From an uncultured Planctomycetales bacterium (GTDB taxonomy: Bacteria > Omnitrophota > Gorgyraeia > Zapsychrales > Fredricksoniimonadaceae): a DNA stretch of 64,000 nucleotides. Both the position numbers and the translations under genes were made by a program. Below are positions 21,756 through 30,278 of this stretch, one piece after another. Under the pieces are notes generated by a model. It worked only from the letters and a program-made list of their open reading frames with translations, searched no databases and was not told the DNA's origin. Each line of letters starts with the position of its first letter. Position 1 is the stretch's first letter. The stretch lies in the NCBI GenBank assembly GCA_964438075.1, contig CAYTIW010000007.1, positions 1 through 64,000 of the forward strand, written 5' to 3'.

Positions 21756-22391
21756 TTGATCAATAATTTTATATCCGGACTGAAACCGGGCCAAAGGAAG
21801 GTGCTGGCGGTCCTGGCCGTTGTGCTCATATTGGGCCTGTTCGGGGGCATATTCCTTTATCCGGCTTGGAAAAGTTCGAACAAGATCGACGAATTGATCG
21901 CCAAGGAAAAGGAGACCGTCCGTAAGAACGCCCTTTTCTTGGCGAAACGCGAAAAAGCCGTGAAGGAAGCCGCGGTGTTCAAGGATTATTTCACTAAAGA
22001 TGTGCGGAGTGAAGAGGAGGTGATCGCGGACCTTCTCAAGAGGCTTTTGCAGCTGGCCAATAATTCCGGGGTGCAGGTATCTAAACTTTCCACGCCTGTG
22101 CAGGAAATGCAAAAGGATTATCTATTGTATGTGGTTTCGGCAGACTGTACGGGCACATTAGAAAACCTGACCAATTTTATCTTCGCGATAAACAACTCCC
22201 CGGAATTGATCAAGGTCTCCAAGATGCACCTGGGGAGCAGTGCGAATGCCAAGAATGCCGGAACCATACAGGCCAGTCTGACCATATCCAAGATGATCAT
22301 CGGTGCCGATCCATCCGTCGAGGCAAAGAAACTTGTACGTGTCCAGGAAAAGAAAGAAGCGGCGAAGCCCGCTGCCACATCCAAGGAATAG
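21756..22391 (+). CDS. GspM/PilO-like bitopic protein
   Basis: Single N-terminal TM helix (VLAVLAVVLILGLFGGIFLY), then a ~180-aa periplasmic domain. TTG start with an AGGAG RBS directly after the GspL-like gene. Confidence 0.5.
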   Translation: MINNFISGLKPGQRKVLAVLAVVLILGLFGGIFLYPAWKSSNKIDELIAKEKETVRKNALFLAKREKAVKEAAVFKDYFTKDVRSEEEVIADLLKRLLQLANNSGVQVSKLSTPVQEMQKDYLLYVVSADCTGTLENLTNFIFAINNSPELIKVSKMHLGSSANAKNAGTIQASLTISKMIIGADPSVEAKKLVRVQEKKEAAKPAATSKE

Positions 22392-22425
22392 TCTTTTAGC
22401 CGCCGGCGTTTCGCCTGTCCCCATT

Positions 22426-23232
22426 ATGTCTCCACCATCCCGGATATTAATTAAGAAATCATTCCTTGTCCGCCTGATCTTCCTCCTGGTCTATTTCTGG
22501 TCCTTGCCTTGCCCGGCGGTGGAGGTCACGAAGGAGAATCTATTCCAGCTGGCCACTTTGGCTCTCAAGGATGGGGAATATGAGCATGCGGTGGAGTTCT
22601 TCAAAAAAGCCATCGAGTTAGATCCTAAATTCATCCCGGCCTACAACAGCCTCGGCATAATTTATGAGACCTCTGGTTTAAAGGACCTTAAAGAGGCGAT
22701 CCGTTATTTCAAACTGGCCACGGAGATATCCCCGTCGTCTCAGGAGAGCTGGAACAATCTGGGCCGCGCCTATTACAGCAAAGGCGAGTTCACCCAGGCG
22801 GAAAGGGCCCTTTTGCGTTCATTGGAGCTCGATCCGGCCCAGCCGGAGGTGGAGGTCTCGTTGGGATGGATCTATCTGCTGGGCCAGTCGCGAGGTGCCG
22901 AGGCTATCAGTCATTTTGAAAAAGGCGGGGCGTATAAGGATAACCCCATGGTCTATTACGGCATGGGGCTGTCCTACCTCATCAAGGGTGAGCGTTTCAA
23001 GGTGCTTGATTCCATTACTGAGCTGCGCAAGAGAAAGAGGGAAGACCTCGCGCTCAGGCTGGAGGATATGGTAAAGAACAAGATAAAGCTGTCCTCGCAG
23101 GAGGGTACTCCGTTGATCACGGGCCTGGGGGCTGAACACTCGGCACTGAAAGAGGAACTCAAGGCGATGGGGAGATCTGATGGAGATACCGACGGAATAA
23201 AGGTGCGGTTGCGGGGGCCGATCCGGTATTGA
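22426..23232 (+). CDS. TPR-repeat protein with N-terminal signal/anchor
   Basis: Hydrophobic N-terminus, then at least four TPR-like units (AVEFFKKAIELDPKFIPAYNSLG..., AIRYFKLATEISP..., AERALLRSLELDP...). The start codon is uncertain and the frame is open from 22303. Confidence 0.55.
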   Translation: MSPPSRILIKKSFLVRLIFLLVYFWSLPCPAVEVTKENLFQLATLALKDGEYEHAVEFFKKAIELDPKFIPAYNSLGIIYETSGLKDLKEAIRYFKLATEISPSSQESWNNLGRAYYSKGEFTQAERALLRSLELDPAQPEVEVSLGWIYLLGQSRGAEAISHFEKGGAYKDNPMVYYGMGLSYLIKGERFKVLDSITELRKRKREDLALRLEDMVKNKIKLSSQEGTPLITGLGAEHSALKEELKAMGRSDGDTDGIKVRLRGPIRY

Positions 23233-23287
23233 TCAGAAAGCAAGGGCTTTAACTCAATGGCAACTTCGGGTATCGAGAAGTAAGGGC

Positions 23288-24949
23288 ATGGGACAGCTGG
23301 TTAACAGGATCAATAAATATTTCCTTGACCGGGCAGAGTTGTGGATACTGGGCCTGGGCATTTTGCTGCGATTGAAGCATTACCTCGAGAACCGTTCTTT
23401 GTGGCTGGATGAAGCTTGCGCGGCTGTCAGCGTGGCCAGCCGCAGCTATAACGAGATATTGAGCCATTATGAGGTCATGCCGGAGTTCGCGCACCCTCCG
23501 ATGGTCTTCATGCTGATAGAGCGTTCACTGGTAGACCTCTTCGGCAATAACGAGATGTCATTGCGGTTGTTCCCGTTGCTTTGCGGGATCGCCGCCCTGT
23601 TGCTCTTTTTCCTGCTGACCCGCAGCATCCTTCCGCGGGGGGCGTTCCTGCTGGCACTGGCTCTCTTCGCCGTGATCGACCCCTTGGTCTATTATTCCGC
23701 CGAGCTTAAGCAGTATTCTACCGACCTGGCGGTCATGATAGCTCTTTTGTTCTATAGCGAGGAATTCATCAAGGAGAAATGCTGCTGGATAAAGGCCGGT
23801 GTCCTGGCATTGCTGGGAGCGGCGGTATTATGGCTTTCCAACGCCATGGTCTTTATGCTGGCATCCATGGCCGCGGTATTTCTCTGGAGGGCGGTCAGGC
23901 GCAGGGATTGGGCCGAACTTTTACGTCTGGGGAGCGCCTTTTTTGTGTGGGCGGCCAGTTTCGCGGCGGTTTATCATTTGTCCTTGGGCCATATGGTCGG
24001 GAATGATAAACTTAAGGCTACTTGGGAAGGAGCCCTTTTCAAGGGAAGTCTTTTTTCCGGCGACGCCTTGGCCTGGCTCTGGCAGGTGGTGAGCGAAAGT
24101 TTCCGCAATCCCTTGGGGCTGGCCTGGCCCTTGGCTGGGGCCGTTCTCTTTGTGGTCGGTGTGCTCAGCCTGGTCCGGAACAACTCTGCACGTGCGGCGC
24201 TGCTGGCGTTGCCTATATTTTTTGCTTTGGTGGCCGGCTGGCTAGGCAAGTATCCTTTTCGAGGCCGGGTGCTGCTTTTTTTGGTGCCCTGTTATCTGGT
24301 GCCTATCGCGGCTGGCGTTGAGGCCATAGCGGCAAAGATCGGGAATAAACGCTCCCATCGCGCCGTATGGGCGATATTGGCCATAGCGCTTCTGGCGTAT
24401 CCTCTTCAGGTCGCGGCGCGGAACTTCATTCAGGGCCGCGAATGGGTGGAGAACCGCCCGGCAATGGAGTTCTTTCGGGACCATTATGAGCCGGGGGATT
24501 TCGTGGTGATGAACACCTCGGCCCAGCCGCCGTTCTGGTATTATGTCGGCAGCCTGGGTATCGGGGTCGAACTGCGGCGTGAACCCATCGGCCGGTTGGA
24601 TGGCAAGACGGTGGAAGGGATGCGGGTCGCCAAGTTCGCCCGGGACATGGTAGCCACCAAGGACGGCCACCGTTTGGTAGCTTTCAGGTATGAGTACCAC
24701 ATTTTTAATGAGAAAGGCCTTTTCCGCCAGATGGTGCTCCGTAATGCCCGGGAGGCGTATTTCGTCCGCGACGACAGGGCAGTGGAGGGCCTTCCTGCCG
24801 GGAGGGTCTGGCTGGTGCTGTCCCAAGCCCCGGAGGATGACGACCGCGAGATCAACGGCATCATCCGGGATGCGTTTGACCGGCGGGCGAAAAGGCTGCT
24901 GAGCTGCGAACGTATGAATGCAGCTGTGTACTTATATGACATGCAATAG
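23288..24949 (+). CDS. GT-C fold membrane glycosyltransferase (ArnT/PMT-like, GT39/GT83-type)
   Basis: 553 aa, about 11 predicted TM helices. DE motif directly after TM1 (WLDEACAAV), typical of PMT/ArnT-type enzymes. Soluble C-terminal domain. Followed by a polyprenyl-phosphate sugar synthase-like GT2 gene. Confidence 0.5.
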   Translation: MGQLVNRINKYFLDRAELWILGLGILLRLKHYLENRSLWLDEACAAVSVASRSYNEILSHYEVMPEFAHPPMVFMLIERSLVDLFGNNEMSLRLFPLLCGIAALLLFFLLTRSILPRGAFLLALALFAVIDPLVYYSAELKQYSTDLAVMIALLFYSEEFIKEKCCWIKAGVLALLGAAVLWLSNAMVFMLASMAAVFLWRAVRRRDWAELLRLGSAFFVWAASFAAVYHLSLGHMVGNDKLKATWEGALFKGSLFSGDALAWLWQVVSESFRNPLGLAWPLAGAVLFVVGVLSLVRNNSARAALLALPIFFALVAGWLGKYPFRGRVLLFLVPCYLVPIAAGVEAIAAKIGNKRSHRAVWAILAIALLAYPLQVAARNFIQGREWVENRPAMEFFRDHYEPGDFVVMNTSAQPPFWYYVGSLGIGVELRREPIGRLDGKTVEGMRVAKFARDMVATKDGHRLVAFRYEYHIFNEKGLFRQMVLRNAREAYFVRDDRAVEGLPAGRVWLVLSQAPEDDDREINGIIRDAFDRRAKRLLSCERMNAAVYLYDMQ

Positions 24950-24960
24950 GAAGAAATGAT

Positions 24961-25767
24961 ATGGCTATTGAAGTAGCGGTGATCATCCCGAGCTATAATG
25001 AACGTCCCAACGTCAAACCCATGCTGGAAAAACTAAGGGTTGCGCTCAATGGTATAGAGTGGGAAGTGATATATGTTGACGATAATTCTCCCGACGGCAC
25101 AGCTGAATGCGTATGGGAAGAGTCGCGCCTCGACCCAAGGGTCCGCTGCCTCAAGCGTATCGGCCGGCGCGGCCTGTCTTCCGCCTGCATCGAGGGCATG
25201 CTGTCCACTGCGGCGCCGTTCATGGCGGTGATGGATGGCGACCTTCAGCATGATGAAACTATCCTGCCCGATATGCTGGGGGCCCTCAGGACGGGAAAAG
25301 TGGATGTCATCGTCGGGAGCCGTTATGTGGCTGGGGGGGGCATAGAGGATTGGGCATTGCATCGCCAAGCGGCCAGCCGGTGGGCCACGCGTTTCGCCCA
25401 GTCAGTGGCCGGCATCCAGCTGCAGGACCCGATGAGCGGTTTTTTCATGCTGCGGAGGGATTTCTTCCAGAAATGCGTCGGTCAAATAAGCGGCAAAGGA
25501 TTCAAGATACTGTTGGATATCCTGATGTCTTCGCGGGAAAAGGTGAATGTGATAGAGATACCTTACAAGTTCCGGATGCGCCAGCACGGTAAAAGCAAGC
25601 TGACGCCGAAGGTCATCCTGGACTATTTCTACCTGGTGTTCTACAAGATCTGCCAACGCAATCCTTGGTTGCTCTGGTTACTGGTTTCCACTGTGATATT
25701 GCTGATGCTGGCGCTAGGGGCGCGCATGCACCTTTCCACCCCGATGGTAAAGACGACCTGGTGGTAA
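24961..25767 (+). CDS. GT2 polyprenyl-phosphate glycosyltransferase (Dpm1/ArnC/GtrB-like)
   Basis: VIIPSYNE...YVDDNSPDGT...DGDLQHDE (DxD region), a GT-A fold, and C-terminal TM helices as in ArnC/GtrB. Confidence 0.75.
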   Translation: MAIEVAVIIPSYNERPNVKPMLEKLRVALNGIEWEVIYVDDNSPDGTAECVWEESRLDPRVRCLKRIGRRGLSSACIEGMLSTAAPFMAVMDGDLQHDETILPDMLGALRTGKVDVIVGSRYVAGGGIEDWALHRQAASRWATRFAQSVAGIQLQDPMSGFFMLRRDFFQKCVGQISGKGFKILLDILMSSREKVNVIEIPYKFRMRQHGKSKLTPKVILDYFYLVFYKICQRNPWLLWLLVSTVILLMLALGARMHLSTPMVKTTWW

Positions 25768-25810
25768 ATGTAGACTGATCCGAGTTGTCAGGTCTGGTTC
25801 TTATCAAAAT

Positions 25811-25850
25811 AAAAAAACCTTCTTCCGGAATGGAAGAAGGTTTTTTGTTT
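25811..25850. terminator. Bidirectional rho-independent terminator (9-bp GC-rich stem CCTTCTTCC/GGAAGAAGG, 5-nt loop, flanked by an A-run and a T-run)
   Basis: aaaaaaaCCTTCTTCCggaatGGAAGAAGGttttttgtttt, lying between the end of the + operon and the tRNA on the minus strand. Confidence 0.8.
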
Positions 25851-25894
25851 TGATGAGGCCGGACCTTTCGGCACGATGTCCGGCATATAAAAAC

Positions 25895-25971
25895 TGGTGG
25901 ACCGGATGGGGGTCGAACCCACGACCTCCTCATTGCGAACGAGGCGCTCTCCCAAACTGAGCTACCGGCCC
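25895..25971 (-). tRNA. tRNA-Ala (anticodon CGC), CCA encoded
   Basis: The reverse complement folds as a 77-nt cloverleaf: acceptor GGGCCGG/CCGGTCC with G3:U70, D-arm GCTC/GAGC, anticodon stem CCTCG/TGAGG with loop TTCGCAA, and T-arm GTGGG-TTCGACC-CCCAT. Confidence 0.85.
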
Positions 25972-26086
25972 ATATAGTGTATAAATATGTTCGAGCTGAA
26001 AATTTGCTCGAGAGGGGATATAGTAACAAAAGCATGGTAAAAAAACAAGTGTCTATCCGCGAAAACAAGAGCCCGCTCCGGCAGTC

Positions 26087-28618
26087 TTAGAGATCCTTGG
26101 GCCAGGATACTTCGTAGAGGTAGACGCGCGTCCGACCCGTGAGGTCGCGTTCGAGAGCGAAAGGATGGAAATATTTCAGCCCTTTGCCTTCGAAATAATA
26201 CATTTTGACTACCAGCGAATTGGCCAGGACCCGGTCCATCAGGACGACTTTGGGAATGCCTTCGTCCTTATAAAACACCAGGGAGTATCCCAGGTTAGCC
26301 CCGGACAATTTTTTCTCTACCACCGCTTTCTGATCATCGTCCAGGTAGACCACGCTTTGCGGTATGCCGCGGCCGAACTTTGGCGAATCTATCGTGGCGG
26401 TCATATCGGCCGTGTTTACGACAATGCCGTTCTCAAATATTATTTTAGGCCCGTCGCTGGCCATCGCCCCGATGGACTGCGATTGTTTGAAAGGCCCGCC
26501 GACCAGGCTCCAGAGGAAATCGACAAAGCCGGGAGAGGATTTTCCCGGCACTTTACTCAGCGCTTCCGGGTCCCGGTTGAGCCTTTCGATCTTGGCGAAG
26601 TCCCATTTTCCCACATATCCCAGCAGCACGTTCCCTTCGACTATTTCATGGTAGATGAGAACGTAGGAAGGAGGTGGCACGACCGCGCTGCCGTGGGTCA
26701 GGCTCAAAAGATGCGTGACATTCTGTTGGGGAAGGACCTTCAGGAGCGCTCGTTCCGCCTCGGCTTTTTTTAACCTGGTGATCTCTAAGATCAGCGGTAC
26801 CGCCTTGGATAGCGGCAGGTCCAGGCTTTGCAGGTATTCGGCGGCGCGGTTAGAACTGGTATTCAGCATGCGCAGTATACCCAGGGCATCACGTTCGTTC
26901 TGCGCCAGGTATACCTTGGTCATCCAGAATCCCTGTTCGCCGCGTATAGAGGCGCCGTCAAAGGTTACACGCCGCCGGCTGACGGCCTTGACAAAATGGC
27001 CCGGCGACCACCAGGTATTGACGATACTGTCGGGAGGGGAGTAGTCGCGCAGGCGGGTCAGCGCACGATCCCAAGTGGAATTGAAAATGGGGTTCAACAG
27101 CGAGCGTATAGTGGTATGGCTGATGATGATCGGCAAAGCCACCGATACTATTATGAGCGTCCCGAGGATCTTTTCCAGCATCACGGCGGGTTTCTCTGAC
27201 AGTCTGAACAGACCCGATAGCGCATGGCGGCCTTGCCAAATTTGATCCAACCCCAGAGCGAACAGGAGCGCGACGGGGGTGACGCTCAGCATGGCGAAAC
27301 GCTGGGCGCTCAGGCTGAGCACCAGGGTGCTGGCAAGGAAAATGGCCAGAGTGATCATTTCATCAGAAGGCGCTTTGCGTTTGAGCAGGGACATGACACC
27401 GAACCAGACCAGGGTGGCAATTGCCCCGAAGAATGGCACGGGCCCGCCGTTGAACTCCACGATCTCTTTCAGCGTGGCACGTTTCAGTTCTCCCACGACT
27501 ATGAAGAGGTCCGGCCAGTCCTTGAGCCTGGGGGCGGTGAATTTTTGCAGTTCTCCCCAGGCCGCGGTCATAGTCTCGAAGAACTGCGGCAGGCCGATCA
27601 TCATAGTGACGGCCAGCACAGGCACGGCGATGAACAGGGCCAACAAAAACCCTATACGCGGCAGGCGCTGCTCTTTCAGCAGCCAGGCCTTGCCGGCGAT
27701 GAGAACGACCGAGAAGACGGTCAGCGCCCAAAGATATCCCCAGCCCGGCCAGAAACGGGAATACAAGGCCGCTGTTAACGCCGAGAGAACGGAGAACAGG
27801 AGCAGTCGCCGCTTCTCGCTGGTGTTTTTAAGCGCCAGGAAGAAGAATGCCAGGCCAAGGAGCGGGAAAAGCACGGTATAGGTGTCGTTGTCGTACCAGG
27901 CATAGGTGCTGCGTTTAAGATATATCTGGGAAAGGACAAAAAAGACGCCAGCCGTGAAAGAGGAAAGCGGCGAACAGCCCATAGCATGGCAGGCCAGCAG
28001 GAATGCGGCTACCACCAGCGGCAAAAGGAAGATAGGGGTCCAGGCCACCCCGGACATAAGGTCGGTATCCGGAGCCAAGGCCCGTACGGTCCGGTATACC
28101 CAGGCTCCGACGTAAGGATGCCAGAGCTGGGGTTCCCAGAATCCCAGGGGAGCCAGCATCAGGTTGTTGAAATAGCGGCTGCCCTTAACCTGAGGGCTTA
28201 CGTCGCCTTCTTTCAGGATGTTCTCTGTTAAGTTCAGGAAATAATAGGAGTCTGACTCCTGCAGATAGCGTTTCTGGTTACCGGACCGCTGCGAGAGCTC
28301 ATATCCCAGCTCATCGAAAGCCTTGCGGAGTTTGGCATTATCCTTGCGTATTATCTCGTTGACCTTGGCGGATAAAAGGAGTGTCTTCTTGGCCGGAGGC
28401 AGCTCAGGGTACTGGGCATTGATTTGGGCGGCTATCTTGCTTCGCAAGTGGTTTATGACCAGGAGAGTGGCCTGTTCGTAGGCGTCCGAGGCAACATTGT
28501 GATATAGGGGATACAGGCGTACCTGTATCCCGATCATGCATATTGCCAAACCTATTAAGAGCCAGGTGATAAGTTTTCGCAGGGGATATCCGTTGGGCAT
28601 GGGGTCTGTTTGATTCAA
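26087..28618 (-). CDS. Large polytopic GT-C membrane protein, STT3/PglB/AglB-like oligosaccharyltransferase candidate (N-terminal ~13 TM helices, C-terminal ~330-aa soluble domain)
   Basis: 843 aa. Acidic motif in the first extracytoplasmic loop (ESDSYYF). A WWSPG sequence sits directly after the last TM helix, where STT3 enzymes carry WWDYG. TTG at 28618 or ATG at 28600. Confidence 0.45.
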   Translation of the reverse strand: MNQTDPMPNGYPLRKLITWLLIGLAICMIGIQVRLYPLYHNVASDAYEQATLLVINHLRSKIAAQINAQYPELPPAKKTLLLSAKVNEIIRKDNAKLRKAFDELGYELSQRSGNQKRYLQESDSYYFLNLTENILKEGDVSPQVKGSRYFNNLMLAPLGFWEPQLWHPYVGAWVYRTVRALAPDTDLMSGVAWTPIFLLPLVVAAFLLACHAMGCSPLSSFTAGVFFVLSQIYLKRSTYAWYDNDTYTVLFPLLGLAFFFLALKNTSEKRRLLLFSVLSALTAALYSRFWPGWGYLWALTVFSVVLIAGKAWLLKEQRLPRIGFLLALFIAVPVLAVTMMIGLPQFFETMTAAWGELQKFTAPRLKDWPDLFIVVGELKRATLKEIVEFNGGPVPFFGAIATLVWFGVMSLLKRKAPSDEMITLAIFLASTLVLSLSAQRFAMLSVTPVALLFALGLDQIWQGRHALSGLFRLSEKPAVMLEKILGTLIIVSVALPIIISHTTIRSLLNPIFNSTWDRALTRLRDYSPPDSIVNTWWSPGHFVKAVSRRRVTFDGASIRGEQGFWMTKVYLAQNERDALGILRMLNTSSNRAAEYLQSLDLPLSKAVPLILEITRLKKAEAERALLKVLPQQNVTHLLSLTHGSAVVPPPSYVLIYHEIVEGNVLLGYVGKWDFAKIERLNRDPEALSKVPGKSSPGFVDFLWSLVGGPFKQSQSIGAMASDGPKIIFENGIVVNTADMTATIDSPKFGRGIPQSVVYLDDDQKAVVEKKLSGANLGYSLVFYKDEGIPKVVLMDRVLANSLVVKMYYFEGKGLKYFHPFALERDLTGRTRVYLYEVSWPKDL

Positions 28619-28636
28619 TTTTTGGTTTCAGTTACT

Positions 28637-29380
28637 TTACTTTTTTTTGCCTGGCTTATCAAGGCTAATATCAGCAAAGTGGATCTTGTCGGCCGGGACC
28701 GCGAAGAGTTCCCGCTCCGCCGAAAGCCGTTTGGAACTGATGAGCCCGATGAGGCGGCCGGCACGATCGAAGACCGGTCCGCCGCTGTCACCGGAATAGT
28801 GGTTGATGTTCAGGCGCAACAGTTCGACTTTAAGGCCCCGTTCAGTCCGTCGGGTGGCAAGCCCGGATATTATACCGCCGGATATGGTGCCCCTTAAGAG
28901 GTCTGAATGACCAATAGTGGTGATCTTTTCCCCCAGAACGGTCTGGTTCGGTTCAGCGAATTCGACCGCTTTAAGCGGGCGGTCTGTTCTGATCTGGAGA
29001 ATGGAAAAATCGTCTTCTCTGGATATAAAGAGTATGCGGGCCGGGATCTCTTTACCGTCTCGGAAGGTCACTAGGATCTCCTGTGATCCGAATATGATAT
29101 GGGTGTTGGTGACGATATGGCCGTCGGAGGATATTATCACCCCGGCACCTTTTTTTTCCTGGAATTGCAGCCTCCTCGCGGTCATTGCCATCAGGCCTCC
29201 GGTCCGGGGATCTACCGTGACCCGGGCATCCGGGACAGAGGCCATCTGGTAGGTCTTGCCGGTGACGGTCACGACAGAATCGTACTTGTTCTGCAGCAGC
29301 TCAATGGCATTCATTTCGGCCGCCGGAGATGGTCCCGCAGCCAGGAATGTGAGGAGGGCCAGGAAGAAAGCGATAGGCAT
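28637..29380 (-). CDS. Secreted trypsin-like serine protease (S1C/DegP-like catalytic domain, no PDZ)
   Basis: Signal peptide. Catalytic triad context TNTHII, DFSILQI and GDSGGPVFD. Confidence 0.7.
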   Translation of the reverse strand: MPIAFFLALLTFLAAGPSPAAEMNAIELLQNKYDSVVTVTGKTYQMASVPDARVTVDPRTGGLMAMTARRLQFQEKKGAGVIISSDGHIVTNTHIIFGSQEILVTFRDGKEIPARILFISREDDFSILQIRTDRPLKAVEFAEPNQTVLGEKITTIGHSDLLRGTISGGIISGLATRRTERGLKVELLRLNINHYSGDSGGPVFDRAGRLIGLISSKRLSAERELFAVPADKIHFADISLDKPGKKK

Positions 29381-29590
29381 GAGCGTATTTTAAGCCGGAC
29401 TTTTCGGTCAGGCAAATGGTTTGGCAACTGTGTCGGTTGGAGCGCCTACAATATGTTGTACATAATTATTATTTACATCAGGCAGCAGTTAAGGTATCGT
29501 TGAAATAAAAACTTATAGGAATAAGTGGAAAAAGGGCAAGATACTGGCTGATATTGTTGGCGCTTCAACCATCAAAGGACGGAGGTTAAT

Positions 29591-30202
29591 ATGTCGGCGA
29601 ATTTCATGAACCAGATGAACGGGGTGGAGATGGTCTTCTGGGGGCTGGCCCTGGCTGGCACGCTTTTCTTTGTGGTCAGGGTCCTCTTGATGCTCATTGG
29701 TTTCGGGCATGGGGATGTTACCTCAGGCGCCGGGCATGATCTGCCTGCAGACGCTGGGTCGGCGGACGCTACCCACGCCTCGAGTGAAGCCTTGTTCCGT
29801 CTTTTTTCAGTCAATTCACTCCTGGCTTTCTTTATGATGCTGGGGTGGACCGGACTGACATGCTATAAGCAGTTCAATATGTCACCGAGCATATCCTGGC
29901 TGATCGGTACGGCAGTGGGAATATTGTGCATGTACATCACCGCGACCTTGTTCGCCATGTCCCGTAAACTGGCCAGTTCCGGGTCCGCATTCAAGGTGGC
30001 AGACACGGTGGGATTGAAGGCTCAGGTTTACCAGCAGATCCCTGCAGGCGGCAAGGGCCGGGTGCAGGTGAACGTGGCCGGAGGTTTGACGCGTGAACTG
30101 GACGCTGTCTCAGCCGGCGGCGAGGCTATTGCCTCTTTCACTACCGTGGAGATCGTAGGGGCTGTGGATGACAACACGGTCCGCGTAAAGAAGTCGGCAT
30201 GA
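29591..30202 (+). CDS. NfeD-like membrane protein (short form, OB-fold C-terminus)
   Basis: N-terminal TM helices and a C-terminal beta-rich OB-like segment. Immediately precedes the flotillin gene, the classic NfeD-SPFH pairing. GGAGGT RBS. Confidence 0.6.
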   Translation: MSANFMNQMNGVEMVFWGLALAGTLFFVVRVLLMLIGFGHGDVTSGAGHDLPADAGSADATHASSEALFRLFSVNSLLAFFMMLGWTGLTCYKQFNMSPSISWLIGTAVGILCMYITATLFAMSRKLASSGSAFKVADTVGLKAQVYQQIPAGGKGRVQVNVAGGLTRELDAVSAGGEAIASFTTVEIVGAVDDNTVRVKKSA

Positions 30203-30278
30203 TGATCGCCAGTAGCTGCATCCGTGCAGTCGTAGAGCATCGGCAGTCAGGCATAAAATAAAAAAGGAGAAGGCAACC

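Noticed and set aside
25768-26086. tRNA-Ala as an integration site for a genomic island or mobile element
   Set aside because: No integrase, direct repeat of the tRNA 3' end, or transposase was seen on either side within the window. The flanking genes are in normal operon context.
26165-28231. Plus-strand ORFs (up to 202 aa) inside the 843-aa minus-strand membrane protein gene
   Set aside because: They are antisense to a well-structured polytopic protein ORF and give Arg/Gly-rich low-complexity products.
29381-29590. Sigma70-like promoter motifs in the divergent intergenic region between the protease and NfeD genes
   Set aside because: Candidate hexamers (TTGAAA, TTGTAC) lack properly spaced -10 partners, and promoter consensus for this lineage is unknown.
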